In this document: positions 1 to 5,827 of the stretch, in pieces
Layout: every line of letters begins with the position of its first letter
How positions within the stretch are numbered: the stretch's first letter is position 1
Source: Thermoanaerobaculia bacterium
GTDB taxonomy: Bacteria; Acidobacteriota; Thermoanaerobaculia; UBA5066
Assembly: GCA_035542215.1 (NCBI GenBank)
Contig: DATKLW010000195.1
Location: 4,520 to 68,519, forward strand
Reading direction: 5' to 3'
Length of the DNA: 64,000 bases
The notes under the pieces: generated by a model
What the model saw: only the letters and a program-made list of their open reading frames with translations
Database searches by the model: none
What the model was told of the DNA's origin: nothing
Made by a program: the position numbers and the translations under genes

Positions 1-228
1 GAGACTTGGTTCACCCGGACGACCGCGCGGGTTGCGGGAGGCGCACGCCGCCTCGGCCGGCTCTCCAGCCGCGAAGAGAAAGAGTGGATCGAGAGCGCCC
101 TCGCGCGGTCGCGCGGACGCGTCTCCGGCCCGGACGGCGCGGCGGCCGCGCTCGGCATCCCCCGGTCCACGCTCGAATCGAAGATCCGGTCGCTGCACAT
201 CAACAAGCATCGATTCAAGACCGGATAG
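1..228 (+). CDS. sigma-54 dependent transcriptional activator (bEBP), C-terminal fragment; the gene starts upstream of the window
   Basis: Frame 1 is open from the window edge to TAG at 226-228. The translation ends ...SRGRVSGPDGAAAALGIPRSTLESKIRSLHINKHRFKTG, a Fis-type HTH tail. It aligns with the C-terminus of the 982-aa bEBP at 20748-23696 (...RVSGPAGAAARLGIPSTTLESKIKALGIDKHQFKAP). It is absent from the ORF track because there is no Met inside the window. Confidence 0.7.
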   Translation, partial: ETWFTRTTARVAGGARRLGRLSSREEKEWIESALARSRGRVSGPDGAAAALGIPRSTLESKIRSLHINKHRFKTG

Positions 229-279
229 AGGCTGCCTCCCCCTGATATCGTTGCGTCACCCAATGCGCACGGAGGACCA

Positions 280-672
280 ATTCCACTCCCCTTCGTAATC
301 GACCGCCTGCGACGACGGCTTCTGGCCGTTGCCGACGGCCCGGTGACTTTCCCGGACGTCATGGCTCACCTCGGCAAGGAGCGCGACGAGGACGGCCTGC
401 CCTTCCACGAGCTCATCGACGCCTCTCGGGTCACCCTGACCCTCAGTCCCTCCGAGGTCCGCCAGATCGTCGACCGGCTGCGCGAGCTGGGGCGTCGCCA
501 CGCTCTCGGTCCAACGGCCGTGATCGTCGGCGACGACGTCTCCTATGGAATGCTGCGGATGCTGGAGACCCTCGTTGAGGACGTCTGCGACGTCCGGCCG
601 TTCCGCAACAGGACTGAAGCGGAGGAATGGCTCGACGAAGTCGTGCCGCGTCGGCCCGCGAAAGAAGGCTAA
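280..672 (+). CDS. STAS/SEC14-like (SpoIIAA-like) small protein, paralog of 26805-27218; apparent ATT start
   Basis: The ORF track starts at GTG 343, but the in-frame upstream codons IPLPFVIDRLRRRLLAVADGPVTF align colinearly with the N-terminus MPIAYSVDRERRWLFAVAEGEAGF of the paralog. ATT at 280-282 sits exactly where the paralog has ATG, and both follow a homologous GGAGG box (271-275). The C-terminal pattern (AVIVGDD...VRPFRNRTEAEEWL) resembles SpoIIAA-like STAS/SEC14 proteins. Confidence 0.55.
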   Translation: MPLPFVIDRLRRRLLAVADGPVTFPDVMAHLGKERDEDGLPFHELIDASRVTLTLSPSEVRQIVDRLRELGRRHALGPTAVIVGDDVSYGMLRMLETLVEDVCDVRPFRNRTEAEEWLDEVVPRRPAKEG

Positions 673-767
673 GACCCCGTCGCGAGTGGCGATGTCGAAA
701 CCCGCCAATTGCCGACAGTCGCCACAGCAGCTCGCGCTCAAGTCACTGCAGGTCAATGCCCTCACGC

Positions 768-782
768 TGGCATCGCGGTTGC
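768..782 (+). promoter_or_regulatory. sigma-54 (-24/-12) promoter candidate upstream of the STAS gene
   Basis: The sequence is TGGCATcgcggTTGC, with the GG and GC dinucleotides at the canonical 12-nt register (consensus TGGCAC-N5-TTGC). It lies in the 125-nt gap before ATG 798. Confidence 0.5.
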
Positions 783-797
783 CTTAGTGGGCAATCG

Positions 798-1073
798 ATG
801 GTTCTGAGGATTGAGCCCGCCCCGAACGACTCGCCGACGCTCCTCAAGCTCGTCGGGAGGATCGCCTCGCCGGACGTCCAGGAGCTGAAGGCCCTGATCG
901 CGGAAATGCCGAACCCCGTCGCCCTCGACCTAAGGGAAGTGGAACTCGTCGATCTCGACGCGGTCCGCTACCTGGCGGCCGCCGAACGGGGAGGCCTCGA
1001 GCTGCGCAACCTTCCGCCGTACGTCCGTGCCTGGGTCCTCCTCGAGAGGGAGAGGCTCGGCGAGTCCGAGTGA
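798..1073 (+). CDS. STAS domain protein (anti-sigma-antagonist fold, no phosphorylatable Ser)
   Basis: The product MVLRIEPAPNDSPTLLKLVGRI...VALDLREVELVDLDAVRYLAAAERGGLELRNLPPYVRAWV has STAS topology. It is a paralog of 20347-20616. The true start is the internal ATG of track ORF 627-1073. Confidence 0.7.
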   Translation: MVLRIEPAPNDSPTLLKLVGRIASPDVQELKALIAEMPNPVALDLREVELVDLDAVRYLAAAERGGLELRNLPPYVRAWVLLERERLGESE

Positions 1074-1111
1074 CGCGCTCTCTACCGACGGACCCAAAAG
1101 GAGAAACGGAA

Positions 1112-1831
1112 ATGGAACGCATGCTGGTGGTGGTTTTCGACAACGAGAAGAAGGCCTACGAGGGCGACTCGGCGCTCAAGCAGCTCGAGCGCGAAGGACT
1201 CGTCACGATCTACGCGCAAGCGGTGATCGTGAAGCACGCGGACGGCACCGTGAGCGTCAAGCAGGTCGACGACCAGGGACCGCTCGGATCGCTGGCCGGC
1301 ACGGCCGTCGGGGGCCTGATCGGGCTCCTCGGCGGACCGGTGGGCGCGGCCATCGGAGCGGGGTCGGGCCTCGCGCTCGGCGCGCTCTTCGACGTCGACA
1401 ACGCGCGGATCGGCGAGGACTTCCTCGAGGACGTCTCGAAGTCGCTGACGCCGAACAAGGTCGCGGTCGTCGCCGAAGTGGACGAAGAGTGGACGACGCC
1501 CGTCGACACGCGGATGGAGGCGCTCGGCGGGACGGTGCTCCGCCGCGCTCTCTGGGACGTTCAAAAGACCGTGCGCGACGAGGAGATCGCCGCGATGAAG
1601 GCGGACCTCAAGCATCTCAAGGCCGAGATCTCGCAGGCCCACGCCGACCGGAAGGCGAAGCTCCAGAAGAAAATCGACCAGCTCCAGGCGAAGGTCGACG
1701 CGAAGATCGTGAAGGCCACGCAGCGCCAGGACGCGTTCGAAGCGCGCCAGAAGGCGAAGCACGAGATCCTCAAGAAGAACGCCGCCGCCGCCCGCCGGGC
1801 CCTCAAAGAGCTCGCGCACACCGCCGTCTGA
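1112..1831 (+). CDS. DUF1269-like glycine-zipper membrane protein with a C-terminal Lys/Ala/Gln-rich coiled coil
   Basis: An AAAGGAG RBS lies 7 nt before ATG 1112. The product has MERMLVVVFDNEKKAYEG..., a Gly-zipper GPLGSLAGTAVGGLIGLLGGPVGAAIGAGSG and ...EEWTTPVDTRMEALGG. It is a close paralog of 16679-17383. Confidence 0.75.
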   Translation: MERMLVVVFDNEKKAYEGDSALKQLEREGLVTIYAQAVIVKHADGTVSVKQVDDQGPLGSLAGTAVGGLIGLLGGPVGAAIGAGSGLALGALFDVDNARIGEDFLEDVSKSLTPNKVAVVAEVDEEWTTPVDTRMEALGGTVLRRALWDVQKTVRDEEIAAMKADLKHLKAEISQAHADRKAKLQKKIDQLQAKVDAKIVKATQRQDAFEARQKAKHEILKKNAAAARRALKELAHTAV

Positions 1832-1860
1832 AAATCGGAAATCAAGAAGGAGAAATCGTC

Positions 1861-2436
1861 ATGAACACGGAAACGCTCTCACAGGAGGTCTCCCGCCGCG
1901 CCGGCTGGAGCATCTTCATGGGCATCCTGACGGCCGCCGTCGGCGCCGCCATGATCCTTTACCCGGTGGCTACGGCCACCGCGTCCACCGTCTTCCTCGG
2001 GGCGGCGCTCATCGTCGCCGCGGCAGCGCAGCTCGTCTTCGCGTTCAGCTCCGACACCGCGGGGCAGTTCTTTCTCAAGCTCCTGCTCGGCATCCTCTAC
2101 GGCATCGCCGGGCTCTCCCTCATCGCGCTGCCGGGCCTCGGCGTCGTGACCCTCACCGCGATGGTCGGCGCGATGCTGATCGCCCAGGCCGTCGTCGAGA
2201 CGGTCCTCGGCTTCTCGGCTCCCGCGGGGACCGGCCGCGGCTGGCTCTTCTTCAGCGGCTTCGCGAGCCTCGTCCTCGGAGTCCTGATCATCGCGCAGTG
2301 GCCCGTCAGCTCGATCTGGGCGATCGGGACGATGGTCGGAGCCGGCGTGCTCTGCAACGGCATCACGCGCATCGTGATGTCGAGCTGGGTGCGCAGCGAA
2401 GCGCGCGAGTTCCAGCGGTCGTCCGCGCACGCGTGA
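1861..2436 (+). CDS. HdeD/DUF308 family membrane protein
   Basis: A GAAGGAG RBS precedes the start. There are six predicted TM helices and the typical motifs GWSIFMGILT...GAAMILYP and GVLIIAQWPVSSIWAIGTMVGAGVLCNGITRI. It is one of four paralogs in the window. Confidence 0.8.
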   Translation: MNTETLSQEVSRRAGWSIFMGILTAAVGAAMILYPVATATASTVFLGAALIVAAAAQLVFAFSSDTAGQFFLKLLLGILYGIAGLSLIALPGLGVVTLTAMVGAMLIAQAVVETVLGFSAPAGTGRGWLFFSGFASLVLGVLIIAQWPVSSIWAIGTMVGAGVLCNGITRIVMSSWVRSEAREFQRSSAHA

Positions 2437-2453
2437 CGGCCCCGCCAGACGTT

Positions 2454-2478
2454 CGCGAGAGCCGTTGGCGCTCTCGCG
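2454..2478 (+). terminator. GC-rich hairpin after the DUF308 gene (possible terminator or attenuator, no U-tract)
   Basis: CGCGAGAGC (2454-2462) and GCTCTCGCG (2470-2478) form a perfect 9-bp stem with a 7-nt loop, 18 nt after the stop codon. Confidence 0.3.
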
Positions 2479-2544
2479 GACGACTGCCGGCGTCGCGCCG
2501 ACGCGGAAGCGTCAGATCCACACCAAGAGAAAAGGAGTTACGTC

Positions 2545-2907
2545 ATGACTGCCGCGCTCTGGAGTGCCCAGGGACTCGCCTCCGCCGTCTTCTTCCTCAC
2601 CGGCATGCTCAAGCTCGTGACGCCGAAGGAGAAGCTCGTCGAAGACATGCGCTGGGCCGCGACGTGGCCTGCCGGCCGCGTCAAGCTGCTCGGCCTCGCC
2701 GAGGTCGCGGGAGCGATCGGCCTCGTCCTCCCGGCGGCGCTCAACGTCGCGCCCGCGCTGACGCCGATCGCCGCAGTCTGTCTCGCCGTGCTGATGTTCG
2801 GCGCCGTCCGAACGCACACGCGCCTTCACGAAAACCCCGCGCCGGCGCTCGTGCTCGCGGTCCTCTGCGTCGCGATCGCGGCGGGCCGGTTTCACCTCGG
2901 AGCGTGA
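2545..2907 (+). CDS. DoxX-like family membrane protein
   Basis: An AAAGGAG RBS precedes the start. The 120-aa product has 4 TM helices and the DoxX-like pattern FFLTGMLKL...GLAEVAGAIGLVLP...LMFGAV. Confidence 0.65.
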   Translation: MTAALWSAQGLASAVFFLTGMLKLVTPKEKLVEDMRWAATWPAGRVKLLGLAEVAGAIGLVLPAALNVAPALTPIAAVCLAVLMFGAVRTHTRLHENPAPALVLAVLCVAIAAGRFHLGA

Positions 2908-3008
2908 CGATGACGACTCTCGCGACATCGACAGCGTCGAACGGCCACGGTCCGGCCGCTCGCAAAGAGCGGTCCTCCACAGCCGCGTGATAGGGTTCCC
3001 TCGGACAG

Positions 3009-4007
3009 ATGGACGTCGAGCGGCGGGCGGTTGATCCTTGCGGGCGGCCCTTCCCGGTTTACGACGATCTCGCCGGGAGCCTCCTCGCCGCACACTGCCG
3101 AGAAGATGCCGGGCGCGACGCGGCCGTCGCGCACGTCCTCGGGACCTGCGCCGGCTACGCCTATGCGGACACCCAGACCGTCGCCATGATCATGGCCCGG
3201 CTCGGGCTCGAGAACGGCGCCTGCGTGCGCATCGCGCAGGCGGTCGACGCGATGTACATCTTCTCCACCGCATATCTCGTGCAGAGCCGTTGCGGTCGTG
3301 TGGCAATCCTCTGCTACCGGGGCACGGAGCCAGCGAACCTCGGCAACTGGCTGGCGGACGCGGATGTCGGGTCCGAATCGATGGCCCTAGGCGGCGAGGC
3401 GCTGGCTGTTCACTCCGGGTTTCTTCGGAACGTCCGGGCCACACAGTGGGCCGTCATCCGCGAGTTGAACCTCGCCCTGCAGGGGCACTCGCTGCTCGAT
3501 CCCGAAAAGAGCGTCGAACATCCTCTGGAAGCGCTGTACGTGACGGGCCACAGCCTCGGCGGCGCGATGGCGGTGCTCCTCGCGCTCTCGCTCGCCGGGA
3601 CCGCGGGACACCGCGAGATCGCCGACAAGCTGCGGGCCGTTTACACGTTCGGCCAGCCTTTGGCCACAGGCGAGCCGCTGCCCGAGGCTGCATGCGCCGT
3701 CGCGCGAAGACTGCACCGTCACATCCACGGACGCGACATCGTTCCCAGCCTTCCACCTGCGGCCTGGGGACGCTTCGCGCACTTTGGGATGGAGTACCGC
3801 TACGCGGACGGTGCGTGGCAATGCTCTGATGCTCCCGTCGCGCAGCTCGCGAATCTGCGAGAGGTTCCACGCGCGCTTCTGGCCTTCTTCGCCAAAGCGA
3901 AGCGCCGGGAATCAACCCGCTTCACGATGGCCGACCACGGTCCCCATCTCTACGTCGCGGCACTCCGCCCGAAAGGGCGCGTCAGCGAGCTCGGCGATCC
4001 GGGCTAA
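3009..4007 (+). CDS. class 3 lipase family alpha/beta hydrolase
   Basis: It carries the nucleophile elbow VTGHSLGGAMAVLLAL and a downstream TFGQP...HGRDIVP pattern typical of Lipase_3 proteins. Confidence 0.8.
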   Translation: MDVERRAVDPCGRPFPVYDDLAGSLLAAHCREDAGRDAAVAHVLGTCAGYAYADTQTVAMIMARLGLENGACVRIAQAVDAMYIFSTAYLVQSRCGRVAILCYRGTEPANLGNWLADADVGSESMALGGEALAVHSGFLRNVRATQWAVIRELNLALQGHSLLDPEKSVEHPLEALYVTGHSLGGAMAVLLALSLAGTAGHREIADKLRAVYTFGQPLATGEPLPEAACAVARRLHRHIHGRDIVPSLPPAAWGRFAHFGMEYRYADGAWQCSDAPVAQLANLREVPRALLAFFAKAKRRESTRFTMADHGPHLYVAALRPKGRVSELGDPG

Positions 4008-4050
4008 TCGGCCCGCTCCCGCACTCAAACGGACATAACCCCCGGCCAAT
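3949..4050. repeat. direct repeat copy A (lipase 3' end plus convergent intergenic region)
   Basis: About 80-85% identical by eye over ~102 nt to 5725-5827, for example cgcgtcagcgagc, ccgggctaa, gctcccgc and acggacat in the same order. Confidence 0.6.
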
Positions 4051-4055
4051 CCGAG

Positions 4056-5501
4056 TCACAGAAGCCACTCGATGGGTAACACCGAAAGACACCAGACCAA
4101 AGCCCGTCGCCACACACTCGTGCCCGGCTCCCTGTCATGCCGCAACAATTGCCCTCCGCGGCGCTCCACCCAATACAAGGTACCGCGCTCGGTCAAGCGC
4201 ACCTCATACGCGCTCGTCGGGACACGCGTTCGAAAGATAGCGTCAATCTCCCCGGCCAGCGAAGGGCTGTCGATGACAAAACCCATTTCCGTATTCAACT
4301 CTGCCGACCGCGGATCGAAATTGAACGAGCCGATGAACACACGTTTGCCGTCGACCGACGAGGTTTTTGCATGCAGACTCGACCCGGAGCTCCCTATGCC
4401 ACGCGCGGCTTTCTTTACGCCGGGACTCGCGGTCGCGCGCTTAAATTCGAGGAGCTTGACGCCTGCTTTCAGGAGGGGCTTGCGCCTTTTCACGTATCCC
4501 GCGTGGACGAGGACTACGTTTGTAGCCTCCAGCGAGTTTGTGAGAATCTCGATCTCGACGCCGCTCTTCGCCAGCGCCACGAACAAGGAGACGTCCGCGG
4601 CCGTCGGCACGAAATACGGCGAGACGAGCTCGAGCCGGGTCACCGGCTCACCCAGAGTCCGTCTCAGCTGACGGGGCATGAGCGCTTCAGGCGTCGCAAC
4701 GCCGAGACCCTTCGCGGGGTCATCGCTGAGCATGTGCGTCGAGGCCCACTCGAGTTCCAGGGTTCCCCGAACGAGTTCATGAACAAGAGATGAGTCGCGC
4801 AATGCCCTGGTGTAAGACGCGGCCCAAGGACTTACCTCCATCCGACGGGCAGCTTCGGCGACTTCAGCGATCTCGCCGGGGCGGGCGGGTGATAGCAAAC
4901 GCTCTGCCGGAATGGACGATTCGCTGTCCCAGTATCGGTCAAAAGAGGCCGAGACTTCACTCACGACCGGACCCACGGCGAGCACGTCGAGATCTGTGAA
5001 CAGGACGCCCTCCGTAGCGCCGAAGTACTCGTCCCCGACGTTTCGGCCTCCGATGATCGACGCTTGATTGTCGGCGGTGAACGATTTGTTATGCATCCGT
5101 CTGTTCAGCCGCCTGAAGTCGGACACGTAGCCGAAGGCGCGAAACCTGCGGTTGACGAAGGGGTTGAAAAGACGAACCTCGACGTTCGGGTGTGTCACGA
5201 GCGCCGCCAGCGTCGCGTCCAAGCCGGATGTGTTGTTGTCGTCGAGCAGGAGTCGAACGTGGACGCCGCGATCGGCTGCCGTGAGCAGAGACCCGAACAG
5301 CAAGGTACCCGTCATGTCCTTTCGCCAGATGTAATACTGAACATCGAGGCTGCGCTCGGCCGCGTGAGCCAGAAGCGCTCGCGCCGCAAACGCTTCTCGC
5401 GCGTCTGGCAGCGCACGAATGCCCGATCTGCCCGGATGAGCCGACACGTGTGGCGTGATCGCCCGCTCGAGCCGCGTGTCGCCGGCGTCCGAAGAGGCCA
5501 C
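4056..5501 (-). CDS. phospholipase D / cardiolipin-synthase-like protein with two HKD motifs
   Basis: The two HKD motifs are HNKSFTADNQASIIGGRNVGDEY and HAKTSSVDGKRVFIGSFNFDPRS. I prefer GTG 5501 as the start because GGAAGGAG lies 4 nt upstream. The track ORF extends to ATG 5681, but that extra N-terminus is Arg-rich. Confidence 0.8.
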   Translation of the reverse strand: MASSDAGDTRLERAITPHVSAHPGRSGIRALPDAREAFAARALLAHAAERSLDVQYYIWRKDMTGTLLFGSLLTAADRGVHVRLLLDDNNTSGLDATLAALVTHPNVEVRLFNPFVNRRFRAFGYVSDFRRLNRRMHNKSFTADNQASIIGGRNVGDEYFGATEGVLFTDLDVLAVGPVVSEVSASFDRYWDSESSIPAERLLSPARPGEIAEVAEAARRMEVSPWAASYTRALRDSSLVHELVRGTLELEWASTHMLSDDPAKGLGVATPEALMPRQLRRTLGEPVTRLELVSPYFVPTAADVSLFVALAKSGVEIEILTNSLEATNVVLVHAGYVKRRKPLLKAGVKLLEFKRATASPGVKKAARGIGSSGSSLHAKTSSVDGKRVFIGSFNFDPRSAELNTEMGFVIDSPSLAGEIDAIFRTRVPTSAYEVRLTERGTLYWVERRGGQLLRHDREPGTSVWRRALVWCLSVLPIEWLL

Positions 5502-5724
5502 GGAGCTCCTTCCTTGATCCCCGCCGCTCAGCGGAGGGCGGAGCGCAAGGCATATGCCAGCAGCGCCGGCTGCCGCGCTCGAAGGAACCGCTCGCAAACC
5601 CCGCGTTTCACGGCGGGAGCGTGTAGCGCACCGCCGACGACGTGACGAATCCTCGCGTTCTTCGTCCGTCAACAGAAGCACGTGAACACAGCCACTCGAT
5701 GACTCCCGGCGACTTGTTCTGCGA

Positions 5725-5827
5725 TCTACGTCGCGGCAATCCGCTCCGCGGATCGCGTCAGCGAGCCCGGCGAACCGGGCTAAACGGCCCCGCTCCCGCG
5801 CTCAGACGGACATGACGCTCGGCCAGT
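5725..5827. repeat. direct repeat copy B (vestigial lipase 3' end plus the 3' end of the PLD gene)
   Basis: It aligns with 3949-4050. In the lipase frame it reads YVAAIRSADRVSEPGEPG-stop, against LYVAALRPKGRVSELGDPG-stop in the intact lipase gene. Confidence 0.6.

Noticed and set aside
2909-2990. A 26-codon ORF (MTTLATSTASNGHGPAARKERSSTAA) just after the DoxX gene.
   Set aside because: It has no RBS and no recognisable features, and the region is short and GC-rich. There is not enough evidence to call it.
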